A stretch of 38,603 nucleotides of DNA from Thermoproteota archaeon (GTDB lineage: Archaea; Korarchaeota; Korarchaeia; Korarchaeales; Korarchaeaceae). Shown here piece by piece: positions 1 to 8,810 of this stretch. A program made the translations under genes and the position numbers. A model generated the notes under the pieces. It had not been told where the DNA came from. It saw only the letters and a program-made list of their open reading frames with translations, and ran no database searches. The stretch lies in NCBI GenBank assembly GCA_037917625.1, contig JAVCBY010000033.1, positions 1 through 38,603 on the forward strand, read 5' to 3'. Each line of letters opens with the position of its first letter. Positions within the stretch are counted from its first letter, which is position 1.

Positions 1-612
1 GAGAAGGTTCCAGTGGGAGGGGTAATAGTGACCAAGCTCGATGGAGCTGCGAAGGGGGGTGGCGCTCTTTCAGCAGTAGCAGCATCAGGGGCGCCGATAC
101 TCTTCATAGGTACTGGAGAGAGGATAAACGATCTCGAGAGGTTCGATCCTGGGAGGTTCGTTTCAAGGCTTTTAGGTGGTGGGGACATAATTGAGCTCGC
201 TATGAGGATAGAGGAAGCATTTAAGGAGAGCAAATTGATGGAGAGGATGTCAAAGGGGAAGTTCGACTTAGAGGATTTCAGAGAGTATATTCAGCAGCTT
301 GGGAAGGCTGGCCCCCTGGAGAAACTCTTGGAGATGGTCCCGGGGATCGGTGGTAGGGTACAGCTCGATATAGACTCTGGGGAGATGAGGAGGTGGATAG
401 CGATAATAAACTCGATGACTCCTGAGGAGAGGAGGGACCCATCCCTGATAAGGGGATCTAGGATAGAGAGAATAGCTAGAGGATCCGGGGTCACCGCTAA
501 GGAAGTCAGGAAATTGTTGAAATCCTATCATCAGGCGAAGAAGCTCATAGAATCTATTTCATCGGAATCTAAGGCTAGGAGGCTCTTCAGGAGGATGGGT
601 ATAAGTGGATGA
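1..612 (+). CDS. srp54: Signal recognition particle protein SRP54, C-terminal part (5'-truncated by window edge)
   Basis: TKLDG-AKGGGALS and FIGTGE-I-DLE-FDP GTPase motifs, then M domain (INSMT-EER, SR--RIARGSG). Frame is open from base 1. Confidence 0.96.
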   Translation, partial: EKVPVGGVIVTKLDGAAKGGGALSAVAASGAPILFIGTGERINDLERFDPGRFVSRLLGGGDIIELAMRIEEAFKESKLMERMSKGKFDLEDFREYIQQLGKAGPLEKLLEMVPGIGGRVQLDIDSGEMRRWIAIINSMTPEERRDPSLIRGSRIERIARGSGVTAKEVRKLLKSYHQAKKLIESISSESKARRLFRRMGISG

Positions 613-1771
613 GCTCAAGGGAATTGTCCTCTGTGAGTTCTGCGGAGCAAGTATAATGGGCAAACCGGTAGATAATCTAAGTTTAATTAGTCTGTTGAAT
701 TCTGAAAGTCCCTCGGGAGGGAGTTGTGACCTCTGCGGTGGACTCTTGAGTAGGGAGCTTGGGAGTATGCTCAGGAAGGCCTTGATCAAGCTAGAGGAAG
801 TGGAGCTATCATCAGTGAAATTGGGCGTCTCCTTACCAGCTATCTTGATGGAGAGGGAGGACAGGATAAGGGCTAATCACAATCCCCCGGCGATGAGGTC
901 CCTTAAGGTCACTCTGACGAGACTGCTGGATAGGGCGATGAACTCTCTCACTGGCATTAAGATAAGTCAGGAGCCAGATGCCATTCTGGTATTCGATTTC
1001 GAGGCAGGGGATGTCAAGTTAGAATTAGCACCAATATTCATCTTTGGAAGGTATAGGAAGCTCCAGAGGGGGATCTCACAGTCCAGGAGGAAGTGTCCCG
1101 AGTGCGGAGGTAGGGGGTGTGAGGCATGCGATTGGAAGGGTAAGATCCCTCAGGGAAGTGTTGAGGGCATAATCGGGGAGGTGATGAGGGAGTTCTTCTC
1201 AGCCGAGGATTATATCCTCCATGGAGCTGGGAGGGAAGATGTAGATGCTAGGATGCTCGGCGAAGGGAGGCCGTTCGTGATGGAGTTAGTGAGCCCTAAG
1301 AGGAGGAGCGTTGACCTGAGGGAGCTGGAGTCAGAGATAAATAGGAGAGCAGCTGGCCTAATTGAGGTTAAAAATTTAGAATTTTCTACCAGAGAAAAAA
1401 TAAGAATATTAAAAGAAAGATCTCCGAATTTCAAAAAATTATATAGAGCTTTAGTAGAGGTAGAAGGGGGAGTTGATGAGCAAGAGCTGGAGCTCTTGAA
1501 GAGGCTCGAGGGAGCTGTGATAAGACAGAGGACACCTAAGAGGGTGCTCTGGAGGAGGGCCGATATAACGAGATTGAAGAGGGTATATGAGGTAAATTTC
1601 AGGAAGATAAATGAAAAAAATTTTGAGTTATTTGTTCTATGCGATGGTGGACTTTACGTTAAGGAGCTCATCAGTGGGGATGATGGGAGGACCAGTCCGA
1701 GTGTGACTGAGATCCTGGGGAAAAAATCTTTTTGTAGTGAACTGGATGTACTCGAGATAATGATTGGGTAA
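605..1771 (+). CDS. pus10: tRNA pseudouridine(54/55) synthase Pus10
   Basis: GRY-K--RGISQ, HGAGREDVDARMLG-GRPF, QRTP-RV--RR and GGLYVKELISGD-GRT-PS motifs; conserved position upstream of rpl21e. Confidence 0.95.
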   Translation: MDELKGIVLCEFCGASIMGKPVDNLSLISLLNSESPSGGSCDLCGGLLSRELGSMLRKALIKLEEVELSSVKLGVSLPAILMEREDRIRANHNPPAMRSLKVTLTRLLDRAMNSLTGIKISQEPDAILVFDFEAGDVKLELAPIFIFGRYRKLQRGISQSRRKCPECGGRGCEACDWKGKIPQGSVEGIIGEVMREFFSAEDYILHGAGREDVDARMLGEGRPFVMELVSPKRRSVDLRELESEINRRAAGLIEVKNLEFSTREKIRILKERSPNFKKLYRALVEVEGGVDEQELELLKRLEGAVIRQRTPKRVLWRRADITRLKRVYEVNFRKINEKNFELFVLCDGGLYVKELISGDDGRTSPSVTEILGKKSFCSELDVLEIMIG

Positions 1772-1785
1772 AGTGGTGATGATGC

Positions 1786-2082
1786 ATGGGTAGGAGGTCA
1801 TTCGGGTTCCTCTACAGATCGAGGGATTTCCTCTCAAAGACCCCGCGAGAGAGGGGTAGGCCATCCCCCGCGAAGTTCCTCAGGGAATTCGAAGTTGGTG
1901 ATAAGGTCGTAATAGATGTGGAGCCCTCCGTAAGGAGGGGGATGCCCCACAGGAGATATCAGGGGAAGGTAGGCGTCGTGGTGGGCAAGAGAGGGGAAGC
2001 TTATCTGGTGGACATCAAGATGGGAGGTAAGACTAAGCACTTAATCGTACTTCCCGTCCACCTCAAGAAGCACTCGGGATGA
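1786..2082 (+). CDS. rpl21e: 50S ribosomal protein L21e
   Basis: F-VGDKV-I, GMPHRRYQGKVG-V, K-LIV-PVHLK motifs; 98 aa. Confidence 0.96.
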   Translation: MGRRSFGFLYRSRDFLSKTPRERGRPSPAKFLREFEVGDKVVIDVEPSVRRGMPHRRYQGKVGVVVGKRGEAYLVDIKMGGKTKHLIVLPVHLKKHSG

Positions 2083-2441
2083 GGATGATGGATTTGGCTG
2101 AGAGAGGCCCTCAGAATAGGAGAGCTCTCACATTGGCTGAAGTTAAGGCTTTGGTATTCGATAGATGGTCCTCAGTAGTGGAATCCTTGACTCTGGATCA
2201 GAGGAGGCTCCTCATATACTTATCGAAGTTCACGAAGGTATCCGATCCTGAGAGGGCTAGGGAGACTGTGGAGGAGCTCATGAATAGGTTTAAGTTGAAG
2301 GAGGAGCATGCCGTTATGATAGTTAACATACTACCTGAGGACGAGGAGGAGTTGAGAGCTTACCTCTTCAAGGATTATCCATTGTTAAGCCAACAGGACT
2401 ATAAGGAAATGCTTAACTTATTGAAGTCCCTCAGGGAATAA
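2079..2441 (+). CDS. rpo4: DNA-directed RNA polymerase subunit Rpo4 (RpoF)
   Basis: LTLAEVK...YL-KF-K...A-MIVNILP---EELR pattern; conserved rpl21e-rpoF-DUF655 order. Confidence 0.85.
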   Translation: MRMMDLAERGPQNRRALTLAEVKALVFDRWSSVVESLTLDQRRLLIYLSKFTKVSDPERARETVEELMNRFKLKEEHAVMIVNILPEDEEELRAYLFKDYPLLSQQDYKEMLNLLKSLRE

Positions 2442-2460
2442 AGAGTAAATGGTGTCCTAA

Positions 2461-3036
2461 ATGTGGAGGCTTGCGCAGGGCAGGAGGAGACCTCATGATA
2501 GCTGGGCTTACGTTCTATATGTAGATGAGGCTAAGAGGAGAGTCCAGCTTGTTGGAGATAGATATTTCATACTTATGGAGTTCGCTCTGAGGCCAAACGT
2601 TAATGTTAACGTGATGGATAAGATATACGTCGGTAAGGGAGCTAGGAAGGAGGTCAGTAGGTTCATAAGATATCTAACGTACGAAGAGCTCCCTCCAACA
2701 GCTAAAATGCTCCTGGAATCCGTGATCTCGAGGATAGTGAGAGAGGGAGAACAATTCTTCATCAATTTGTTCAATGAAAGTGTCCCCGTGACTACAAGGC
2801 TTCATCAACTCGAACTACTGCCTGGAATAGGGAAGAAAACTCTCCTAAAAATACTCGAGGAGAGAGCTAAGAGACCCTTCTCCAGCTTCTCTGAGCTCGC
2901 TGAGAGAGCGGGCGTAAAGGAACCCGCGGAGCTCATAGTGAGGAGGGTGATGGATGAGATGCTAGGGAAGGACAAATATCATATACTTGTAGCGCCCAGG
3001 GAGTTATTAGAGATCGAAGAGGAGGAAATTAGGTAA
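2461..3036 (+). CDS. DUF655 family putative nucleic-acid-binding protein (HhH)
   Basis: Q-VG--YF-LME, K-Y-GKG-R, FFN----T-RLHQLELLPGIGKK, PF-SF-EL motifs; usual neighbour of rpoF. Confidence 0.88.
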   Translation: MWRLAQGRRRPHDSWAYVLYVDEAKRRVQLVGDRYFILMEFALRPNVNVNVMDKIYVGKGARKEVSRFIRYLTYEELPPTAKMLLESVISRIVREGEQFFINLFNESVPVTTRLHQLELLPGIGKKTLLKILEERAKRPFSSFSELAERAGVKEPAELIVRRVMDEMLGKDKYHILVAPRELLEIEEEEIR

Positions 3037-3763
3037 CTCTTGTCCCTATTTCTCCATTAATTGCCCTAATTAGATCTCCGGGATTCTTGTAACCGGAGAT
3101 CCTCACTTCAATCCCCCTCTCAGCTAACCTAATAGCTGATTCGATTTTCCCCCTTATGGATCCAGTTGCATCGAGGGAGGGGAGGCTCATGCCCTCAAGG
3201 GTGCTCCTGTCGATAACTGGAATTACGTTTCCAGCCTCATCGAGGACTCCAGGTTCATCCATGAGGTATATCACTTTTTCGAACCCTAAGTCCAAGTGAA
3301 GAGGTATCTCATCTGCCGAGAGTATGTAAACTCCCCTCTCATCGTCCGGTATCAGATCACCGTGAGTTAAGGGTATGAATTCCGCTTTAATGAGCTCCTT
3401 CAACGAGGAGGTCTCACACAGGATCCTTCCGTGGTCCCTCCTCATCATGGATCTAGGTGGGAAGGGTGCTACAGGTATGCCCTCCTCCATCATGACCTTC
3501 GCTACCCTCAAGTTGAGTTCGCTCACCCCTATCATCGTCTCAGAGGCTCCCATCCTGTTCCAATCCCCCATCCCTAAGTGAAGGCCGCTCCTCAAGACGG
3601 GCTCATGCCCATACTGCCCAGCCCCATGAGCTAAGAATATTTTGAAATCATTCATTATGCTCTTAATCTCAATAGAAATTCTCCTTAGGACATCCAATCT
3701 TATTTCCCTTCTTCCCTCCTTCTTGAGAGTTATCAGGGAACCCCCGAGCTTTATGTAGAGCAT
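3029..3763 (-). CDS. ipk: Isopentenyl phosphate kinase (amino-acid kinase superfamily)
   Basis: IKLGGSLIT-K, HGAG-YGH (IPK-type His), P--HGD, ILSAD, DATG----KI motifs. Confidence 0.85.
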   Translation of the reverse strand: MLYIKLGGSLITLKKEGRREIRLDVLRRISIEIKSIMNDFKIFLAHGAGQYGHEPVLRSGLHLGMGDWNRMGASETMIGVSELNLRVAKVMMEEGIPVAPFPPRSMMRRDHGRILCETSSLKELIKAEFIPLTHGDLIPDDERGVYILSADEIPLHLDLGFEKVIYLMDEPGVLDEAGNVIPVIDRSTLEGMSLPSLDATGSIRGKIESAIRLAERGIEVRISGYKNPGDLIRAINGEIGTRVT

Positions 3764-3812
3764 ACCTAGATCTGAAGTTATCTTTTATAACGGTTGATCG
3801 GAATTCATTAAG

Positions 3813-5402
3813 ATGAGTGATTCAACATACGTGCTGAGTTCGGACGTGCTGATGAGATCTCTGGTGAGATATGAGCCAGGATACTCTCTGATAAAGGGAT
3901 CTAGGCTCATAATACCGGAGGAAGTACTCTCGAAAATAGAGGAGGATGCTCTAAGTGGTGATAGATTCAGTGTAGGAGCTTTAGGGGAGATAATATGGCT
4001 CCAGGATCTCGGGAGGGAGGGTTACATAGAGGAGGTGAGAGTTGAGGAGCACAGGGGAAAGGGGATAGATGCTCTACAGGAATTAGCCAAAAAGTTCTCC
4101 GCAAAGGTCCTCACGGGAGATAGGATAACTACATTATCCCTTCTGGCTAGAGGGGTGGATGTCCAGTACATAGGTCCGAGGATGGACGGGCTCAGGATCT
4201 ACGATTACTTCGATGAGGAGACTATGAGCGTCCACCTGAAAGAAGGAGCCCCGCCTATGGCGAAGAAGGGGCGCCCAGGGAACTTCAAGTTAGTTAAGCT
4301 CTCTGATAAGAAAATGGAGGAATTTGAAGTGAGGACTATAGCTTATGAAATACTGGAGAGGGCGAAGACGGGGATAGATGCTTTCATAGAGGTGATGTAT
4401 GATGATGCTTACATAATACAACTCGGGGACCTTAGGGTATTAGCTGCCTTCCCTCCCTTCTCAGATGGCATCGAGATAACCGCTGTAAGACCCCTGGTGA
4501 AGGTCACCTTAGACGATTATAACTTGAGCGATAAGCTGAAGAGGAGACTGAGCGAGAGAGCGGAAGGTATATTGATAGCTGGACCTCCAGGCGCTGGGAA
4601 GACGACTTTCGCGAGCGCATTAGCGGAGTTCTATAAGGAAAGGGGGAGGATAGTGAAGACTCTCGAGTCACCCAGGGACCTACAAGTGGGGCCAGAGATA
4701 ACTCAATATGGGAGGCTCGCTGGCTCCTTCGAGAATACAGCGGACCTCCTTCTCTTAGTCAGGCCGGATTACGTGATATTCGATGAGATGAGGAAGACTC
4801 AGGACTTCAAGATATTCGTAGATATGAGGTTAGCTGGCGTCGGGATGGTGGGCGTCATTCACTGCGGCTTCCCGATAGAAGCCATACAGAGGTTCATAGA
4901 TAGGGTTGACTTAGGCGTCCTTCCCCACGTAGTCGATACCGTCATATTCATAAAGGACGGGAAGGTTGAGAAAGTATACTCCCTGAAGATAACAGTTAAG
5001 ATGCCTACTGGAATGAGGGATGTGGCTTTAGCGAGGCCAGTAGTCTTAGTTAAGGACTTCGAGACTGAGACAGTGGAGTACGAAATTTACACATTCGGGG
5101 AGGAGGTCATAGTGATGCCGGTCTCAGCTAAGGAACCTGTAGTTGAGGGAGCCCCTAAGTTCAGGTTGAAGAGGAGGAAGCACACGATAATACTGGATCT
5201 AGGTCCCGCGATGTCCGATACTGAAGTGACTATCTACTCAGGTGAGAGGGAAATGGCTACGCTGATCACTGATTCTAGAGGGAGGATAACTCTAGCTAAG
5301 AGCAGCCCTCTAGGTAGGAGAGTCCTTGAAGCGATAAAGAATGAGAATCTGAGGATAGTCCCAGGGGAGAGGAGCGAGGAGTACGAATTCCCATCAGAGT
5401 GA
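3813..5402 (+). CDS. PINA-type ATPase (PIN-like domain + VirB11/PilT-like P-loop ATPase)
   Basis: TMSVHLKEG--P-AKKG-PG, PPFSDG-EITAVRP, GILIAGPPGAGKTTFA, KT-ESPRDLQV, LL-RPDY--FDEMR, DMRLAGVGMVGV-H motifs. Confidence 0.9.
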   Translation: MSDSTYVLSSDVLMRSLVRYEPGYSLIKGSRLIIPEEVLSKIEEDALSGDRFSVGALGEIIWLQDLGREGYIEEVRVEEHRGKGIDALQELAKKFSAKVLTGDRITTLSLLARGVDVQYIGPRMDGLRIYDYFDEETMSVHLKEGAPPMAKKGRPGNFKLVKLSDKKMEEFEVRTIAYEILERAKTGIDAFIEVMYDDAYIIQLGDLRVLAAFPPFSDGIEITAVRPLVKVTLDDYNLSDKLKRRLSERAEGILIAGPPGAGKTTFASALAEFYKERGRIVKTLESPRDLQVGPEITQYGRLAGSFENTADLLLLVRPDYVIFDEMRKTQDFKIFVDMRLAGVGMVGVIHCGFPIEAIQRFIDRVDLGVLPHVVDTVIFIKDGKVEKVYSLKITVKMPTGMRDVALARPVVLVKDFETETVEYEIYTFGEEVIVMPVSAKEPVVEGAPKFRLKRRKHTIILDLGPAMSDTEVTIYSGEREMATLITDSRGRITLAKSSPLGRRVLEAIKNENLRIVPGERSEEYEFPSE

Positions 5403-5924
5403 ATTATTCTCCGCTGACCTCCTCACCCTACCCTCAAAATCCACTTCAATGAGGAAATCTAGAGAAGATCCCGGAACTAGGGACTTCCAGGAACTATCTC
5501 CCTTCAATATGAGCTCCCTTATCTTAGTGGCCTCGTATATCTCCCTCTTGAAGAAGGGGACGTTCTCCACATGAATCCCTACTTCCTCAAGGCACCTCAC
5601 CGTCTCAGGATCATTTGAAAAAGCGATATCTATCCTCGGAACCCTATCCAAGACTATAAGCCCCCAATTCTCCTCAGGCGATTGAGTATCTGGGATGCAA
5701 GATATGAAGATCCTCTCGAGGGGAAAGCCCTCCCTCCTCAATGTCCTCACTATGAGCTCCATCCTCTCCCCAGCTGAGAGGGGGTTCCTCGGGTGGCAGC
5801 AGAACTGGGAGCTCCCTATCCCTATCACAAGCTCCTCAGCCCTAGATAGGGCGTACCTGAATAAGTAGAGATGGCCATGATGGAGGGGCTGAAACCTGCC
5901 TACGACCAGAGCTCTCCTAACCAT
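5394..5924 (-). CDS. nadM: Nicotinamide-nucleotide adenylyltransferase
   Basis: GRFQPLH-GH, IGIGSSQ, NP-SAGER, AT-IRE-I motifs. Start taken as ATG 5924; GTG 5933 is an alternative. Confidence 0.92.
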   Translation of the reverse strand: MVRRALVVGRFQPLHHGHLYLFRYALSRAEELVIGIGSSQFCCHPRNPLSAGERMELIVRTLRREGFPLERIFISCIPDTQSPEENWGLIVLDRVPRIDIAFSNDPETVRCLEEVGIHVENVPFFKREIYEATKIRELILKGDSSWKSLVPGSSLDFLIEVDFEGRVRRSAENNSL

Positions 5925-5935
5925 CTCCCACACCC

Positions 5936-5995
5936 GGGGTCAGCAGCACTTCAGGGATCATCTAATATCTATGGAGTAACTCCTCTTCATCCCCC
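5936..5995 (-). ncRNA. Probable box C/D guide sRNA
   Basis: Minus strand reads GGGGG-ATGAAGA(C)-ggagttactcca-TAGA(D')-tat-TAGATGA(C'-like)-tccctgaagtgctg-CTGA(D)-CCCC. About 60 nt, terminal G/C stem, 12-14 nt guides, TATTAAA about 28 nt upstream. Confidence 0.65.
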
Positions 5996-6018
5996 GTCGG
6001 AATTTTAGGTACAGCTTT

Positions 6019-6711
6019 TTAATATTCACTTCCCTCAACATCGATGCCTAGGATCCCAGTTATCAAATCCTCGACTTCTTCATCGCTCATCTCAACCTCA
6101 AGGAGTTGATACTTCGAATAACCCTCCTTCCTCCTCTCCAACTCCCTCCCCTCTAAGACTATCGCCCTCCTGAATGGGTGCATCTCCACCTCTATGAAAG
6201 CCCTGACTAAGTTCTCAACAGTCGCTTCATGAAGCACTATGAGTCCATTAACGAGCTCCATAACGATCCTCTTGTGGGCGTGCCCCTTAGGGACCCCTAT
6301 GATTATCCTCCTCAAGTCCCTGTTCCTGATGAAGAGGGCGAACTTGGAGGTCAAGATATTAACTGCTTCTCTAGCTGGTCCTGATAGAGATAGTTCAGCG
6401 GCCTTGCTGAGCTCAACCCATCTCACTTCCTTATTCCCTCTCCCAGGTCTCAGTTTCCCGGAGATCGGCTTGCAGAGATAAGTTATGCGGACCTTATCTC
6501 CATCGGCTTCTCTCACATCGATAGCCCTAATGATATCGATATGCAAACCAGTGGAGTCAGCTATTATCTCACTCAGCGAATCTCTGAGACTCCTCCCAGG
6601 CTCAACTAAGTCACCGGGGATCGACCAATCCTTCCTACCTCTCTCCCTCACTAGGAGCAGGCGATCTCCCTTGATAACGGCGCCTCTCAACTCCAATTTG
6701 TAACTGACCAT
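6019..6711 (-). CDS. Nudix-fold protein with degenerate Nudix box, fused to an uncharacterised C-terminal domain
   Basis: LLLVR...W-IPG--VEPG N-terminal Nudix pattern, but the REUXEE part reads SEIIADS. Second domain P-GH-H-R...EAT--NLVRA------HP...RKEGY---QLLE. Confidence 0.75.
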   Translation of the reverse strand: MVSYKLELRGAVIKGDRLLLVRERGRKDWSIPGDLVEPGRSLRDSLSEIIADSTGLHIDIIRAIDVREADGDKVRITYLCKPISGKLRPGRGNKEVRWVELSKAAELSLSGPAREAVNILTSKFALFIRNRDLRRIIIGVPKGHAHKRIVMELVNGLIVLHEATVENLVRAFIEVEMHPFRRAIVLEGRELERRKEGYSKYQLLEVEMSDEEVEDLITGILGIDVEGSEY

Positions 6712-7568
6712 TAGCCCCTCACTAGGGATGTGAGGGAGGAGAATAGCTTAAGAGATGCACCTAAGGCCGTAGCGTACTGAGGATCTTCAGGGACAATCAG
6801 GTTACCACCGAAAAGTTTTATGGGTCTTTTTATTGCTTCAACTATCTGCTCATAGCTGGCTAATCCTCCAACGAGGACGATCTTATCTTCCAATCCCACT
6901 GATTTAGCTGCGAAGAGGGAAACAACTCCGATGACCTGCCCCACCATATTCACGAGGGCCGCAGCGATGTCCTCTAGTTTAGCGTCATCCACTAGCTTCC
7001 CGAAGTTTGAGGCAGTGGCATTGACATCTAACTTCCCCACGGGCCCTCCGACTATATCACCGACTTTGAGATCCAGGTTCTCGGAGCTCCCCCTTGATGC
7101 TAGTTCAAGGAGTGATTCTATGGATGATCTACCAAGTAAGAGCTTTCCTAAGCCTAAAAGGGTCCCACCTCCGACACCCGTTCCTCCCAAATGCCTGACA
7201 TCGTAGCCAGAATTCCTCTCCCTCACCTCAACTATCGCGGTTCCCGTGCCAGCGCTAGTGACCACGCACTCCCTTAACTTAGCTAAGAAGGCTCCTCCCC
7301 TTCCTATAGCCTCTATCTCATCCACCTCGAAGAGAGGGAGGCCGAGGATACGTTTGGGGAGGGATCTCACTTTCCCCCCGCTCACAGCAATAGCTTCTAC
7401 TTCATTAATATTGAGCCCCATATCAGTCAATATCTTACCTATTGTGCCAGCTGCAGCTGCTAAAGGGTCTGAGGAGACGACTAAAGTCTTCAATATAACC
7501 CCCCTCTCTGATAGCAAGACTCCCTTCGTAGTAGTGCCTCCCATATCCAGCCCTATGACGAACATCAT
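6711..7568 (-). CDS. coaW: Type II pantothenate kinase-like protein (ASKHA fold)
   Basis: GLDMGGTTTK, V-EIEA---G, GTGT, GGTGVGGGTLLGL--LL, G----LDLKVGDI, TASNFGK, DIAA----MV motifs typical of Staphylococcus/eukaryote-type PanK-II. ATG 7568 overlaps the upstream stop (ATGA). Confidence 0.8.
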   Translation of the reverse strand: MMFVIGLDMGGTTTKGVLLSERGVILKTLVVSSDPLAAAAGTIGKILTDMGLNINEVEAIAVSGGKVRSLPKRILGLPLFEVDEIEAIGRGGAFLAKLRECVVTSAGTGTAIVEVRERNSGYDVRHLGGTGVGGGTLLGLGKLLLGRSSIESLLELASRGSSENLDLKVGDIVGGPVGKLDVNATASNFGKLVDDAKLEDIAAALVNMVGQVIGVVSLFAAKSVGLEDKIVLVGGLASYEQIVEAIKRPIKLFGGNLIVPEDPQYATALGASLKLFSSLTSLVRG

Positions 7569-8098
7569 CTCCCCGCCCTCTTTACGGCATGCACTATAGG
7601 AGGGACGAGTATGAGAGCGAATGGGAGCTCCCAAGCTAATGTGACGAAGGATATTGTGAGTGCGGCCGCTATAGATAGCGGGGTTAAGCCCTCTTGGAAT
7701 GGGAGGGGGAAGTATTGGCTCCAGAGGAGGAGGCCTATCCCTATTATCAAGTGCCCCACGGTGAGCCCTAAGGTAGAAGCTATTAAGTACCTCTTCACGC
7801 TATACTTATCCCCTCCAGCGAGCTTTCCTATTATGTAGAAGCATGTGAAGTTAGATGTGACGCCAACTGTCAAGCTTAGGATCGCATTCCCATGAGTAGC
7901 GATGTCCGATATGAATATCCCTATCGCAGCGGATAGCCCGCCTACGCTCGCCCCATAGAGGCATGATATCGTCGCGGGTATCACTACAGAGGGCCAGAAC
8001 CTGACCCCGTAGAAAGTGAGTCCTAACCAGCTCACGTAGCCGATGAGAGCGTACAAGGCTCCCCCTACTGCTGATATAGCGATGTCCCTCAAGTTCAT
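7565..8098 (-). CDS. ECF transporter substrate-binding (S) component
   Basis: 177 aa, about 6 hydrophobic segments; IA--A---ALYA, RF-P----PA------YG---GG--AAIG-FISD pattern. Confidence 0.75.
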   Translation of the reverse strand: MNLRDIAISAVGGALYALIGYVSWLGLTFYGVRFWPSVVIPATISCLYGASVGGLSAAIGIFISDIATHGNAILSLTVGVTSNFTCFYIIGKLAGGDKYSVKRYLIASTLGLTVGHLIIGIGLLLWSQYFPLPFQEGLTPLSIAAALTISFVTLAWELPFALILVPPIVHAVKRAGR

Positions 8099-8132
8099 CC
8101 CTTATGAATGATCCATCAGAATTAAAATTTGA

Positions 8133-8768
8133 CTAGAGGTTGAGGAGCTTGGGCCTCACCTCCTCACCCTCTAAATCGATTATGGCATAATTCCCTCGCG
8201 AGAGAGGCCCTGGGTTTATCGCTAAAGTAGTCCCTATCCTCTCCATACCCCTTGACTCATGTATGTGGCCGCAGATGCAGAGCAAGGGAGCTTCCCTCTC
8301 TATATAATTCCTCAAGGATTTGGATCCTACGCTAAGACCTGAGCTAACTCTATCCAGCCCGCTATCGAAAGGAGGGGTATGGCTAAGCAGGAGATCGACC
8401 TTCCCGAGCTCCTCCAGCATTAGTGAGAGCTCTTCCTCAGTGAACTCGATCCTAGTCATGAAAGGAGAAATCAGGCCTCCTCCCACACCACCGATTGAGT
8501 AGCCCATGATGTAAGCTTTATTACGGTGTAAGTTGAGGCAACCCTCGAGCTCTCGAATCTCGAGAAGGGGAGCAGGATCCATGTTCCCAGGGACGAAGAA
8601 TACATTCTCATTGAAACCCCTAATATATCTAAGAATTTTCCTAACGTCTCCCATATCACCGTTAGAGATATCTCCAGCTACGAATACAGCATCAAAGCTT
8701 TCCCTCTCCAATAGAGGTATTAGCTTCGAATATGATGAGTGCACATCTGAGATCGCGAGCAGTTTCAT
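8133..8768 (-). CDS. Metallophosphoesterase (Icc/calcineurin-like)
   Basis: SDVH, AGDI, PGNMD, SHTPP, CGHIHE, NPG motifs. Start taken at MKLLAISD. Confidence 0.9.
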   Translation of the reverse strand: MKLLAISDVHSSYSKLIPLLERESFDAVFVAGDISNGDMGDVRKILRYIRGFNENVFFVPGNMDPAPLLEIRELEGCLNLHRNKAYIMGYSIGGVGGGLISPFMTRIEFTEEELSLMLEELGKVDLLLSHTPPFDSGLDRVSSGLSVGSKSLRNYIEREAPLLCICGHIHESRGMERIGTTLAINPGPLSRGNYAIIDLEGEEVRPKLLNL

Positions 8769-8810
8769 ACCCCTATCTTCCCCTCTCAATTTAAAATTTA
8801 GGTTGGAATA

